64,000 nt of DNA from the sequence record OZ413489.1; one strand, 5' to 3'. How positions within the stretch are numbered: the stretch's first letter is position 1; every line of letters begins with the position of its first letter. Of this stretch, positions 27,029-36,862 are shown piece after piece. The notes under the pieces are model-generated. The model did no database searches. It saw only the letters and a program-made list of their open reading frames with translations, and had not been told where the DNA came from. The stretch comes from a phage. A program made the translations under genes and the position numbers.

Positions 27029-27427
27029 TCAGTTTAGCTTTTCTTCAACAACCCCATAGCTCGGGACAGAGTCAAGAGCTTTCTGGTTTAAAAGTGGTGT
27101 AGCAGAATCTGCAAACGGTGTCCAAGTTTTTGTTCTGGCGTTCCAGTAATGCTTCACTCTGGAATCTGGATGCACTATAACAAAAACTTTTTCACTTGTC
27201 AACACATTAATTTCTTCCACACCCCTGCTGATAATTTCTCCGTCATATCCCCCGGTCTGGTATCCTTCGTACCAGGTTCTTGCATAGGCATAGCCAGCCT
27301 GCCAGCATGCAGCCTCCTCCGAGGTGGAGACTACGTAGAAGTCTTTCTCAAATTCTGGGATACGCCCTTGCTTTACGCTCCAAGCTCCGCGAATTTTCAT
27401 TGTAACTTTGAATAGTTTATTTTTCAC
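27029..27427 (-). CDS. hypothetical protein, paralog of 24827..25222
   Basis: 132-aa ORF. Confidence 0.65.
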   Translation of the reverse strand: MKNKLFKVTMKIRGAWSVKQGRIPEFEKDFYVVSTSEEAACWQAGYAYARTWYEGYQTGGYDGEIISRGVEEINVLTSEKVFVIVHPDSRVKHYWNARTKTWTPFADSATPLLNQKALDSVPSYGVVEEKLN

Positions 27428-27439
27428 AACGGTTACCCA

Positions 27440-27694
27440 TCACAGTTCTACAATATCTGCATCTGACCCTGCCCCAAAGGCATAATAGGACTCTTCCCCG
27501 AAATAATATTCCGGTGCACCAGCAGCGATCAGGTCTGATCCCAAAATGAATACCACGTTGTGGCCTACATAGCTGTGATTTTGCCGCACAGGATCATCCC
27601 ACGGCAACCCTTCGAAGTATACCGCAGGGACGACCTTTCCTTTCAGGAAGGATTGCCCCAAGTAGACGTTAGAATCAAGAATTTTAACCTTCAT
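27440..27694 (-). CDS. hypothetical protein, MKVK(I/V)LD paralog family
   Basis: Shares MKVKxLDS...GKV...DLIAAGA with 27684..27911 and 31324..31557. Confidence 0.65.
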   Translation of the reverse strand: MKVKILDSNVYLGQSFLKGKVVPAVYFEGLPWDDPVRQNHSYVGHNVVFILGSDLIAAGAPEYYFGEESYYAFGAGSDADIVEL

Positions 27695-27911
27695 GATCGT
27701 CCTCCACTATCTCTACATCCTCACCTAGGGCAAAGTTGTAGGTCCACTGACTGTCAAAGCATTCCTGAGATGCACCAGCGGCAATAAGATCTGCCCCTTT
27801 TATTTTTAAAAGGTCAGGGTAATCTTCGTTAGGGACAGCAGTAAACACTTTCCCTACTAAAGGCTCCTGACCAATATAGAAGCTTGAATCTAAAACTTTA
27901 ACTTTCATCAA
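27684..27911 (-). CDS. hypothetical protein, MKVK(I/V)LD paralog family
   Basis: Tandem paralog. Confidence 0.65.
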   Translation of the reverse strand: MMKVKVLDSSFYIGQEPLVGKVFTAVPNEDYPDLLKIKGADLIAAGASQECFDSQWTYNFALGEDVEIVEDDHEG

Positions 27912-28195
27912 CGGTCTCCATCAGGTGGTTGTGGGACGTAAACACTGTTACGAATATCGTCCGCAGTATAGTAATAAGTGTCTCCAACCCTATCTCTGGC
28001 TGCAATGTACTCTGCTATACCAATAAGTGCCATTGATTTGGTGGCGTATCTTCCCCACTCGTTAGCTCCCCAGTAGAATTTAGACCAGTAGGGAATAATA
28101 CCGAACAAATATACCTTTTGACGAACTTCCCAGTAAGTGCCTTTTCCGACAAGTTTAAACTCTACTTCACTACTGTTAATCTTTTTCATTATCAA
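27908..28195 (-). CDS. hypothetical protein
   Basis: 95-aa ORF. Confidence 0.6.
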   Translation of the reverse strand: MIMKKINSSEVEFKLVGKGTYWEVRQKVYLFGIIPYWSKFYWGANEWGRYATKSMALIGIAEYIAARDRVGDTYYYTADDIRNSVYVPQPPDGDR

Positions 28196-28488
28196 TCTCC
28201 CTCTACCGTGGTCGGATTGTCAGTAAGAAATTGAGCATTGGCTGGAGGCACGCCTGACATTTTCCACACAACCATAAGTTTGTAACCAGGAACTCTATTA
28301 AGTGCAGATCGAGTAGAGTTTGTGCACGTATACTTTCGCTTTCCAAACCCGTTCTCCATCATAATCCAGTACCCAGTATCTTTGTCACCAGGTATCGGTA
28401 GACCACCTTCATCAACCCACTGAATGGACCACGGCACGATGGCTACAGCTTTATATTTAAACTTTTTAAACCACTCAAAAAGTTTCAT
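28192..28488 (-). CDS. hypothetical protein
   Basis: 98-aa ORF. Confidence 0.6.
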   Translation of the reverse strand: MKLFEWFKKFKYKAVAIVPWSIQWVDEGGLPIPGDKDTGYWIMMENGFGKRKYTCTNSTRSALNRVPGYKLMVVWKMSGVPPANAQFLTDNPTTVEGD

Positions 28489-28491
28489 AAT

Positions 28492-28581
28492 TCAGCCTCG
28501 CATAGACATAATCACTATAAACAGGCAAACAATGAATCCGAATGCCACGCCACCCATAAACGTTAATATTGATGCAATCAT
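28492..28581 (-). CDS. small membrane peptide (29 aa)
   Basis: MIASILTFMGGVAFGFIVCLFIVIMSMRG; fits exactly between flanking genes; below ORF-track cutoff. Confidence 0.35.
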   Translation of the reverse strand: MIASILTFMGGVAFGFIVCLFIVIMSMRG

Positions 28582-28583
28582 AG

Positions 28584-28769
28584 TCAATCAGCCTCGCTTG
28601 GCAACTCTTCTACCTTAACATGCCGAAAAGTGTTACCGTAATGGTTGATCCATGACATCAGCTCGCTTTCTTGCTCTTCCTCTGGGATGAACTCTCGAAT
28701 GCTGACAAGTTTTAAGAAAACCCAATCACAATCTGCACCCATTCTACCAGACAGGCAATAGTGCTTCAT
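28584..28769 (-). CDS. hypothetical protein
   Basis: 61-aa ORF. Confidence 0.5.
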   Translation of the reverse strand: MKHYCLSGRMGADCDWVFLKLVSIREFIPEEEQESELMSWINHYGNTFRHVKVEELPSEAD

Positions 28770-28787
28770 AAAAACCCCCCGCCTGGT

Positions 28788-28982
28788 TTAGAATATTGCT
28801 TCTTCCATTGCACCTGAGAGCAACAAAGAGGTGATCTGGCTAACATTCATCTCAGACTCTACTTCCTCCCCTTTGAAAGGTTCGCGGCAGAATAGGACTG
28901 TTTCAGGACTTTTACTTCGAACAATATAATACAAATCATTCAATGTGTTGTAGTAATAAGTGTTAAAACGTAAGTTTTTCAT
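28788..28982 (-). CDS. hypothetical protein
   Basis: 64-aa ORF. Confidence 0.5.
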   Translation of the reverse strand: MKNLRFNTYYYNTLNDLYYIVRSKSPETVLFCREPFKGEEVESEMNVSQITSLLLSGAMEEAIF

Positions 28983-29266
28983 TTTCTAGTCCCCTTCTTA
29001 GATTTTTGTGTAGAAACGCTTTCTGCAATACGAGACAAACGTTCTTCTGAAGCCTTGCCTATTCCAGGTTTTTTGAGTGGGTTATCTTTATGACCACAAT
29101 CCAATTGGATATTGGATACCTCTCCAACCTTGTAAGTCAATTCTAGCAAAAGGTTGTCGTCCTTGTCAAATGTTCTTACGATAAATTTTTTATCGTTCTC
29201 CTGAACTTCGTATCGGGTACCCGCAGTATACAGCATGGTGCCATCCGCATAGGATATCCAGATCAT
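28979..29266 (-). CDS. hypothetical protein
   Basis: 95-aa ORF. Confidence 0.6.
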   Translation of the reverse strand: MIWISYADGTMLYTAGTRYEVQENDKKFIVRTFDKDDNLLLELTYKVGEVSNIQLDCGHKDNPLKKPGIGKASEERLSRIAESVSTQKSKKGTRK

Positions 29267-29610
29267 TGAACCTCCTTCTGCTGCAACAGCATTAACTCTT
29301 TGTTGGAGATTTTTACTGCTGTTTTTATTGTTCCATCTTCACGAAACCACGACCAGAACTCTACAGTGTCCCCACTGTCAAGCAAAGCATACCCGTGGTA
29401 GAAGTCTTTGTCCTTAGACAGTTTCTCATCTATGTCTGCATCGACACATTCGTGATCCATAGCATTTTGCCTGAATGCATCGGTTATACCAATGCACGCC
29501 TTGCTCTCAAGACTGGTATATCCGATATCTTTTAATTCAGTTTCCCAAGTCCAGTACCCTATAAAAGCTAAAACAGCTACCCACATTAATAACGTTTTAA
29601 TCTTTGGCAT
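29263..29610 (-). CDS. membrane-anchored hypothetical protein
   Basis: N-terminal hydrophobic LLMWVAVLAFIGYW. Confidence 0.6.
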   Translation of the reverse strand: MPKIKTLLMWVAVLAFIGYWTWETELKDIGYTSLESKACIGITDAFRQNAMDHECVDADIDEKLSKDKDFYHGYALLDSGDTVEFWSWFREDGTIKTAVKISNKELMLLQQKEVQ

Positions 29611-29672
29611 TCTCTCTACCTCTTTCTTAGTTTATTTCACTATGGCACATCCTTTGTGCCATATCTCAACCA

Positions 29673-30134
29673 CTACTTAAATAGTAGTCCAAAATAGTGC
29701 AAAATTAACAGAAGTTGAACTACACCTAGTGCAACGGCGAGTATGTTAATCTTAGAATCGAAAAACTTCTTAACTTTTACTCTAAAAGGTTCCTTAATGT
29801 CCTTTACGATCCTATTTATAGATGATTTCATATCCCTGATTACCATCCTAAACATTAGAGACGGATCTTCCTTCTCTGTAATAGAATCGAAAACATACTC
29901 TCTTCGGTCATAAGGACCTCCAGATCTGCGTATTAACCTCTCCACAGAGACCTCGTACGACACACCTGTAACGTAATCATCTATGATAAGTAGTGACGGG
30001 TCTTTATCGTCCAAGGGTATTAAAGTTATCTTTCCAGATTTTGTTAAAATTTCTCCTTTTTCAAGCAAGGTGTACCAATGCTCTCTACCAAGATTGTTGA
30101 GGCACGTTTTTACATATTTAACAAACATCGTCAC
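29673..30134 (-). CDS. hypothetical protein with C-terminal TM helix
   Basis: C-terminal NILAVALGVVQLLLILHYFGLLFK. Confidence 0.6.
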   Translation of the reverse strand: MTMFVKYVKTCLNNLGREHWYTLLEKGEILTKSGKITLIPLDDKDPSLLIIDDYVTGVSYEVSVERLIRRSGGPYDRREYVFDSITEKEDPSLMFRMVIRDMKSSINRIVKDIKEPFRVKVKKFFDSKINILAVALGVVQLLLILHYFGLLFK

Positions 30135-30334
30135 CCCTCATCGCACGTCTGATATAACCACTCTATGAAATCTTGATACCATTCGCCCTCTGAGCGCTCC
30201 GTAGGCCAATAATCTTCACCCTCTCGTGCATTAAAATCTGAGTATTCAACTTTCCACTCCTTTACCAGCTCGTGGAGAAGGTTTTCAGCCTGCTCTAAAG
30301 ATTTATTTTTTGCCATTGCTGTCTCCTTTTTCAA
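30131..30334 (-). CDS. hypothetical protein
   Basis: 67-aa ORF. Confidence 0.55.
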   Translation of the reverse strand: MKKETAMAKNKSLEQAENLLHELVKEWKVEYSDFNAREGEDYWPTERSEGEWYQDFIEWLYQTCDEG

Positions 30335-30535
30335 GATAGTTATACATCAGAACTGCACCACCTAAGATGGCTACCAGTAACAATATCCCAGATAGCATCT
30401 CAATAAACATGGCTTGAAACACTGGAAGGTCTCCCTAAATTAACGCACCATTTTAAATACATGCTCTTTTCCCATAAAGGTGCCTGGCTAAGATCTGCGT
30501 AGAACGCAATCTCTTTAAGAACAGTATAGATAGTT

Positions 30536-30763
30536 TTAGGTGCGGTCTCCATCCCTACTCTCCTTCCTGATATTCTTGTAGTAATCAACTAGGCACATTG
30601 TTACGATGAAGATAACAACAGGCCAAAAAGGTGCAGCAGTGATGATGGTGATAAAATCATCAAACTTCACCCTTCGTCTGGACACGATGCATACACCTGT
30701 CAAGAATGCCGCTGTTATAACGGACATTACCAGGTAACCTATTAGCACAACATTTATACTCAT
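30536..30763 (-). CDS. small two-TM membrane protein (holin-like topology)
   Basis: Two hydrophobic segments and charged C-terminus; holin role is speculation. Confidence 0.5.
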   Translation of the reverse strand: MSINVVLIGYLVMSVITAAFLTGVCIVSRRRVKFDDFITIITAAPFWPVVIFIVTMCLVDYYKNIRKESRDGDRT

Positions 30764-30793
30764 TGGTCCTCCCTTTGTAGGTTAAATTGTATA

Positions 30794-31327
30794 CTACAAA
30801 TGGTCGCTGAGGGTGTCAAGAAAATTATCCCGTTCTTTCTCAGAGTTTTCATGTGTGTAGCTGAAAAACATATCGAGAATAACCTTATTGATATATTCCA
30901 GCTCCTCTGTGTTCAGATGCTTAGCAGGATCTACAATGACATCCCAAATATCATACAGACCACACTCATGATACCCATAACGCCACTCAATTGTCAAGCT
31001 GAGCGGCAAATCTTTACCTTCACAAACAACCTTCCATCTACATATGTTGGTATCTGGTCGTACCTGTGCACGGTACACCTGCACAAAATCCAATTTGAAT
31101 TTGAGGTACTCGTCATACAATTTAAGCACAAAGCTCTCGATTTGTGGAGACACTTTTGCAGCAAACTGTGCGTATTTGTACTTGCACTGGATGATCTTTC
31201 TACGTTTTGCAGTTAAATTTTTTGCCGCCAGTTGTTCTTCAGTGTATCTCCACCTACGATCAACAAACGCAACAGGGTCTTTGTCCCCATAGAGGTCTTC
31301 CCAGTTAATCAGAAGCATACCTGTCAC
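30794..31327 (-). CDS. hypothetical protein
   Basis: 177-aa ORF. Confidence 0.65.
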   Translation of the reverse strand: MTGMLLINWEDLYGDKDPVAFVDRRWRYTEEQLAAKNLTAKRRKIIQCKYKYAQFAAKVSPQIESFVLKLYDEYLKFKLDFVQVYRAQVRPDTNICRWKVVCEGKDLPLSLTIEWRYGYHECGLYDIWDVIVDPAKHLNTEELEYINKVILDMFFSYTHENSEKERDNFLDTLSDHL

Positions 31328-31557
31328 TCCTCCACAACTTCAAGGCCTTTACCGCCTCGCTCTGGCAGATTACTTAAAGATAGGTAATACATATAATCAG
31401 GAGAGATCCTGCCAGACTCTGCACCTGCAGCTAGTAAATCCTTCCCTTTAACCAGGACAACATTCTCGTTTGCAGATAGCCGTTTTGCTTCCACAATTTT
31501 ACCAACACAGTCAACCAAGGAAGGGTACCCTAAATCTGTAAGAAATTTAACTTTCAT
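31324..31557 (-). CDS. hypothetical protein, MKVK(I/V)LD paralog family
   Basis: MKVKFLTD...GKIV...DLLAAGA. Confidence 0.6.
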   Translation of the reverse strand: MKVKFLTDLGYPSLVDCVGKIVEAKRLSANENVVLVKGKDLLAAGAESGRISPDYMYYLSLSNLPERGGKGLEVVEE

Positions 31558-31594
31558 GCTACCTCCTACCTACCGTCCCTGGTAAGATAAATTA

Positions 31595-31993
31595 TTACTG
31601 AACAGAGCGCGGTGCTGGGAAGGATAACTCCTCTAAAGAGAAGATTTCATTTCCTACCACCCAAGTTGCTGGGTCATCTGGATCAACAGGTTGGATAATC
31701 ATTACCTCATCCGCCTCGCACACACGTTTCCCACCCATAGTAGCGTCAGCCACTAACATACGCGGCTCTTCAGAAATGCACAGGTAGCCACCTCGGCCCA
31801 CTGTTCCTTCCACGGGATCCTGCCCTTTGACCACAATGAATACCTTCTCTCCTGTGGAGATATTACTTTTCACACTAACAGTTTGACCAACTTTAGATGT
31901 ACCGATCTTGGTGGCTTCAAACATTAAATCCCGAATTACTGTTGCATAGTTGCCGGACACTTTCTTACCTTCTTTAGTAATCTCAATCTTCAT
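31595..31993 (-). CDS. hypothetical protein
   Basis: 132-aa ORF. Confidence 0.6.
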   Translation of the reverse strand: MKIEITKEGKKVSGNYATVIRDLMFEATKIGTSKVGQTVSVKSNISTGEKVFIVVKGQDPVEGTVGRGGYLCISEEPRMLVADATMGGKRVCEADEVMIIQPVDPDDPATWVVGNEIFSLEELSFPAPRSVQ

Positions 31994-32265
31994 AATCTAG
32001 GCTCCTTAAATGAATCTATGTAATCAATTAAATCCCAAGCATCGCGATGGGCTGTCAGAGGGTATACTTCTCCGAGAGGGATCATAGCAATAAGTCTATC
32101 AAAAACCCAGTCTGGACGCAACATTTTATGGTGATATTCCCACTCACCTTCCACAGATTTTTTCTGAGTTATCAGGATCTCTGTGTAGTGTTTCTCCTGT
32201 CTTGAGTAGATTGAAAATGACTTGTACATAAATGACCCCCTCTTGTTGAAAACAACAATACACAA
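31990..32265 (-). CDS. hypothetical protein
   Basis: 91-aa ORF. Confidence 0.6.
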   Translation of the reverse strand: MCIVVFNKRGSFMYKSFSIYSRQEKHYTEILITQKKSVEGEWEYHHKMLRPDWVFDRLIAMIPLGEVYPLTAHRDAWDLIDYIDSFKEPRL

Positions 32266-32580
32266 CTACCAGGTTACTGTCAAGTAGGCAACCGTATTAT
32301 TTTTCTCTGGGGAGATGCCAACAACATCTACCTGCAGACCTCCTGCCCTTAAATCTCCAACAATGTGAGGGAAGTAATCTGAGAGATGCGAGGGTAGATT
32401 TATCGAAAATCCGCACCCCAGAAAGCCTGCTAACGCTTTATTTTGTATCTCCCCCACAATCGCATCATAAATGGAGTTAAGCTCGTCAGGGAGCGTTACA
32501 GGACGTTTTAGCGCTAACTGGTGTAATTTGTCCTTAGCACTCATTTTCATTTCAGGTCTACCTCTGGAGGTGCCAACCAC
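32266..32580 (-). CDS. hypothetical protein
   Basis: 104-aa ORF. Confidence 0.6.
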   Translation of the reverse strand: MVGTSRGRPEMKMSAKDKLHQLALKRPVTLPDELNSIYDAIVGEIQNKALAGFLGCGFSINLPSHLSDYFPHIVGDLRAGGLQVDVVGISPEKNNTVAYLTVTW

Positions 32581-33080
32581 ATAAACGGCGGCAAGTCTAA
32601 ACGGTTTTTCTTATCCCACACAAAATATGCATATGCTTGCCCGTCAGTTCTGCCGTTTGATTGAAATGATGGACGCTTAGATATTGTGATCACAGTAGTA
32701 GGTGCATTATCAAGCCACCATTCAAATCTGGCTTTGCTTTCCAGAAAATTAAGACGCAAAAGCATAATAACTACGTCAGCATCTTTCAACGCCTTGTCTA
32801 CAAACTCACGAGCCAGGCTGTATGGTGGGTTGGTGATAATACAGTCAACATGGTTGTATTCTGTATTCAGATAGTCAACACCTTCTTGTATTTCTCCCCA
32901 TGCAGATCCTAACGGCATACGGGAGTAGAACACACCTGAGGCACTATTCCTGCAAGGCTCTAAGTAGGTCCAGTCTTCTGGGAACGGAATAAGGTCATAC
33001 AGCCCTTCTGCACACCACTCCGGTGTCACATACTCATCGTAGGCGTTACGTTGTTCATCAGGTTTTCGAGCACAAGTCAT
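32547..33080 (-). CDS. DNA N6-adenine methyltransferase (small phage Dam-like, NPPY motif)
   Basis: IITNPPYS catalytic motif; 177 aa. Confidence 0.6.
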   Translation of the reverse strand: MTCARKPDEQRNAYDEYVTPEWCAEGLYDLIPFPEDWTYLEPCRNSASGVFYSRMPLGSAWGEIQEGVDYLNTEYNHVDCIITNPPYSLAREFVDKALKDADVVIMLLRLNFLESKARFEWWLDNAPTTVITISKRPSFQSNGRTDGQAYAYFVWDKKNRLDLPPFMWLAPPEVDLK

Positions 33081-33131
33081 GCAAATCTCCAGATCATAAA
33101 AGCCCTCCGAAGAGGGCTTTAGAATTAATGT

Positions 33132-34181
33132 TTAAGCTTCTTCGACAATTCCTGCACCCAGGATTTTTTCATTGAGCTCTTTTGCTGTTTTAATAATATT
33201 GTCCACCAGACGCTTGCGAGTCTTATCTTTTACCTTAACCTCTTCACCGCCGTTTAGGGTTGTCTTCAATTGGGACAAAATGTCTTGAAGTTCAACGACA
33301 GAGAATCGCTGCAGATCTTCTGAGGTAATCTCACCTAAGGCAATCTTAACGGTCTCACCACTTTCCATCTGCAGGTTCAGGAACACAGTGTGAACATCCC
33401 CTTTCGAACCACCCGCTTTTGCAGATTCAACAGCATGAACTAACTCATCTAAAGATGTGCACTGGTGAATCTCCGGAAGACCTGCTTCACCTAACACGCC
33501 TTCTTCATCACCTTTTGCCAGAAGCTTTTTCGGTTTTTGTCCGTTCTGGATGCGTTGTATGTTGCCTTCATCCAGAATAATAGCTCCAGTGCGTGCTGCC
33601 AGCTCTTCTCCGTCCAACCACACTTCGCCACCAGCTGTGATGGATGCGATCTCATCTTCTGTCAGCACCCCACCGTAGTATTTTTCGATCAGGCGTTCAA
33701 AACGTTTTTTCCAGTAGCTGACCTGAGTATTCATGTTCACACCGTTACCATAAGTGCCACCTTGATAGTAGTGGAACATAAACTCTGTGTCCGGAGCCAC
33801 AGTACGTTCTTTGCAACCCAGCCATAAGATTGTTCCCGCAGAGCAGCACATCCCTTCCGCATGTGCAACAACGCTTGCCTGAGACTCGCGGAATGCCTGC
33901 AGATAAGCCATCGCAATGTGCACGCAACCACCAGGGCTGTTAATGATCACTCGAATGCTTTCTTCAGGCTGAGCCATACGGATCGTCTGCAGGCGAGACA
34001 TATGATCCTGCAGGTCTTCCAAATCGTCGATATAAAGAACGTGGTCAACAACAGGTGTTGGGTAGCTGTATGTTTCCATGATACCGCCCGGCATACCAAA
34101 CATTTTATTACTCATAGGTTCGAAACCGTTCTGTTTCTCTTTCATGCCGTGTACCATGGTGCTGCGAGGTGTTAAATTCAT
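33132..34181 (-). CDS. ClpP/S14-like serine peptidase with C-terminal extension
   Basis: VIINSPGG and GMCCSAGT match ClpP-family motifs; about 150-aa C-terminal extension. Confidence 0.6.
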   Translation of the reverse strand: MNLTPRSTMVHGMKEKQNGFEPMSNKMFGMPGGIMETYSYPTPVVDHVLYIDDLEDLQDHMSRLQTIRMAQPEESIRVIINSPGGCVHIAMAYLQAFRESQASVVAHAEGMCCSAGTILWLGCKERTVAPDTEFMFHYYQGGTYGNGVNMNTQVSYWKKRFERLIEKYYGGVLTEDEIASITAGGEVWLDGEELAARTGAIILDEGNIQRIQNGQKPKKLLAKGDEEGVLGEAGLPEIHQCTSLDELVHAVESAKAGGSKGDVHTVFLNLQMESGETVKIALGEITSEDLQRFSVVELQDILSQLKTTLNGGEEVKVKDKTRKRLVDNIIKTAKELNEKILGAGIVEEA

Positions 34182-34241
34182 GAGAAATCCTTAATATTGG
34201 AAGTTGAAAGCTATTTATTTAAACCTGATTCACATTTACCT

Positions 34242-34553
34242 TTATTTAGCAATCACTATGGAATACTTACGATTGTCAGAAGCATCACAGCTCAATGATT
34301 GCCAGTCTACCACATACCACGTATCATTGTCAACAATTACTTTATCGCCTGTTCTGTAGCAAGTGCTGCTTTCAATAATTCGAGACTCGATAAAGAATCT
34401 GTGTCGGCGCTCACGTAGCAACGCTAAGTTAATTATATTACCACCGCTGTCCTTGGTCCACACATTCTTGGATCCCTTATTTGCCAAAATTGTCTCGCCG
34501 TTATAGACAAACAGGCAGTATATTTTATTCAGTTTCTCTTGTATTGTAGCCAT
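34242..34553 (-). CDS. hypothetical protein
   Basis: 103-aa ORF with minus-strand ttgaca/tattat promoter upstream (~34593-34622). Confidence 0.6.
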   Translation of the reverse strand: MATIQEKLNKIYCLFVYNGETILANKGSKNVWTKDSGGNIINLALLRERRHRFFIESRIIESSTCYRTGDKVIVDNDTWYVVDWQSLSCDASDNRKYSIVIAK

Positions 34554-34654
34554 ACTGTCCTTCTCTCTGTTTTGTCCGATAATAATATCTAAAGCTTACC
34601 TATTTGTCAACAACTGTTTTAGATATTTAAGGGTGGAATAACCACCCTTCTGTA

Positions 34655-35443
34655 TTACTCGGAAACAGGGGTCCAAATATGATTTGCACGATCCTCAATA
34701 AGATTGAGTGCGATCTGACGACCCAACCCAGAACGAACGACATCGTCTGGACTATCAAAGCTGATCATTCCAACCTCAGGATCTGGATGACGAGTAAAGA
34801 AATCCGTCACCCATGCAAGGCCAGATTTACCAGGGATGTCACGTTGGCTATTATCACCCATAATTACAAGGGTGGCTTGATCAGAGATCCTTGTGATAAT
34901 TGACAACATTTCTTCAGGGTTAGTTTGCTGTGCCTCGTCAATCAGGACAAAGCATCGCTCATCGAAACTACGACCACGAATGCTTTCAACTTCACAAATC
35001 TCGATACGACTGTTCTGACCGTCTCCCAGCATTGCGGCAAAAGCACCTTTGCCAACACGACGACAAATCGTGTCCATCATGCTTCGAAGATAGGGCCACA
35101 GTTTCTGCATTGCATTTCCGGGTTTAAATCCTGAAGTCTTTCCTGTCTGGACGTAAGGACGTGCAACAATGATCTTATCAATCTCATTCTTACGCAGAAG
35201 ATCACCTGCATATGCAGATGCCATGAATGTCTTACCGGATCCAAACACACCGTTTACAATAATAATCTTACGTGACCCTAGATAATCAAGATACTTTTGC
35301 TGCTTTTTATTCATTGGTCGGAGAGCTGGAGCGGTGTGCTCTCGTTCGTCAGCAAATTTCTCAGCAGCCTTACGCAGGCGATCAGATTTGCGAGCCTCTC
35401 TAGCTTCATCACGCATGCGTTTTGTTTCTTTAGCTCGACCCAT
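34655..35443 (-). CDS. phoH: PhoH-like ATPase
   Basis: Walker A GVFGSGKTFMA; size and basic N-terminus typical of phage PhoH. Confidence 0.7.
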   Translation of the reverse strand: MGRAKETKRMRDEAREARKSDRLRKAAEKFADEREHTAPALRPMNKKQQKYLDYLGSRKIIIVNGVFGSGKTFMASAYAGDLLRKNEIDKIIVARPYVQTGKTSGFKPGNAMQKLWPYLRSMMDTICRRVGKGAFAAMLGDGQNSRIEICEVESIRGRSFDERCFVLIDEAQQTNPEEMLSIITRISDQATLVIMGDNSQRDIPGKSGLAWVTDFFTRHPDPEVGMISFDSPDDVVRSGLGRQIALNLIEDRANHIWTPVSE

Positions 35444-35481
35444 GTTGGGACTCCTTTCAGATTGAGATGTGCCAAGTACTT

Positions 35482-35832
35482 TTACTGCAACAGTTTTTCA
35501 ATAGCCGCTTCCATGCTGCTTGCAACAGCCTGAACTCGGATATTCATCTCTTCTTGGTGGATCAGCTCCTTAAGCTCTTTAATGGTAAATTCTTTAGAGA
35601 AACCTTCCACCATAATCTTGTGCAAGGCTTCTTGCGTGTCTACTTGCAAGAACTTTTCCAGTTTGTTGGCAGAGGCTTCTAAATCAGCCCGAATACGAGG
35701 GTCATCTGTGCGATTCAGCATTAGGCGTAAGCCATCAAGATTAGTAGAAATAGCGTCTGCATGTTGAGTAACTAACCGTGGCAAAATGAGATCTACAAAC
35801 TTATTAGCCAAATCGATACGTTCTTGTGTCAC
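35482..35832 (-). CDS. hypothetical protein
   Basis: 116-aa ORF, GTG start. Confidence 0.55.
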   Translation of the reverse strand: MTQERIDLANKFVDLILPRLVTQHADAISTNLDGLRLMLNRTDDPRIRADLEASANKLEKFLQVDTQEALHKIMVEGFSKEFTIKELKELIHQEEMNIRVQAVASSMEAAIEKLLQ

Positions 35833-35942
35833 TGTTGCACCCCCTCTTCATCCTCATGATATTTCTTTTCACGCTTGTGTTTTTTCTTAAGCTCAAGCGC
35901 AATCTCTTTTTTGTACGCCTTCTTCAAGGCTTTTTTAGCCAT
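35829..35942 (-). CDS. small Lys-rich peptide (37 aa)
   Basis: Perfect RBS gaggagg 6 nt upstream of ATG; GTGA coupling to next gene; below ORF-track cutoff. Confidence 0.5.
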   Translation of the reverse strand: MAKKALKKAYKKEIALELKKKHKREKKYHEDEEGVQQ

Positions 35943-36004
35943 TTGGCACCTCCTCTGCTCTCATTACGCTAATTATAACCAACTTAACAAAGCTTTGTCA
36001 ACGA

Positions 36005-36478
36005 TTAGTCAACCTGAACCCAACCATCTGCTACCTTTTTAAACATTCTTTGGTTATCACTACCTCTGAATGGTTTTTTGGTGGGGTTATCTTTTTCGTA
36101 CTTACCATCCATAATGTAATCGACACTATCTTTAATATAATCTGGGACTTCTTCAAACAAATACCCTGTGTACACCCAGATAGTTTTTGTGTTGCCGAAG
36201 CGTTCACGGATAGCGAGAATGATCGAGTACATACCATCGATATTGTAAGGCGCTAAAGGTTCGCCACCACACAATGTAACTCCGGTAATATGTTTCGGCT
36301 CTATAGAGTGAAGTATACTCTCAATTGTGTCATTTGTTAACGGTTCCCCTTTAGCGGGTGACCAAACACTTTTGTTTTGGCAACCAACACAGTGATGTGG
36401 ACAACCAGAACAGAACACCGTTGTCCTAATGCCTGGGCCGTCAACCATGCTACACTCTATAATATTAACAACATTCAT
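36005..36478 (-). CDS. nrdG: anaerobic ribonucleotide reductase activating protein (radical SAM)
   Basis: CSGCPHHCVGC cluster near N-terminus; adjacent to nrdD. Confidence 0.75.
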   Translation of the reverse strand: MNVVNIIECSMVDGPGIRTTVFCSGCPHHCVGCQNKSVWSPAKGEPLTNDTIESILHSIEPKHITGVTLCGGEPLAPYNIDGMYSIILAIRERFGNTKTIWVYTGYLFEEVPDYIKDSVDYIMDGKYEKDNPTKKPFRGSDNQRMFKKVADGWVQVD

Positions 36479-36711
36479 TCCTTACCCTCTTTGAGGTAGG
36501 GATATTCAGGCCCACAATAAGCTCTATCTAAGAAAACAGCTTCTTCCCCTCTGGAATCAGTAGATCTATAATACCCATCACCCTGGTAACTAACGAACCA
36601 GTAGCACCCATCATCGCTTTCTACTGTTGTGGCTCTGTCCGAATGAAAGATAATTTCGTAATCCTTGCCGAATGTAAACCATCTGTTAGCTTTTACACAG
36701 ACACCTACCAT
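36475..36711 (-). CDS. hypothetical protein
   Basis: 78-aa ORF between nrdD and nrdG. Confidence 0.55.
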   Translation of the reverse strand: MVGVCVKANRWFTFGKDYEIIFHSDRATTVESDDGCYWFVSYQGDGYYRSTDSRGEEAVFLDRAYCGPEYPYLKEGKE

Positions 36712-36862
36712 AAGGAACCTCTCTTCTGTGGTGTGCTTCTATTCAAGATAAACTTATAAAAGTCCATTTGATGAAGCCGTATAACTTTTTATACTTACGC
36801 TTCAGTGCTAACAATTTTATCTTGAGTTTCTTGATAGATTTCCGCATTTCGACCCCTTATGC

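Noticed and set aside
33537-34175. Opposite-strand ORFs within the ClpP-like gene
   Set aside because: Embedded in a motif-supported gene on the other strand.
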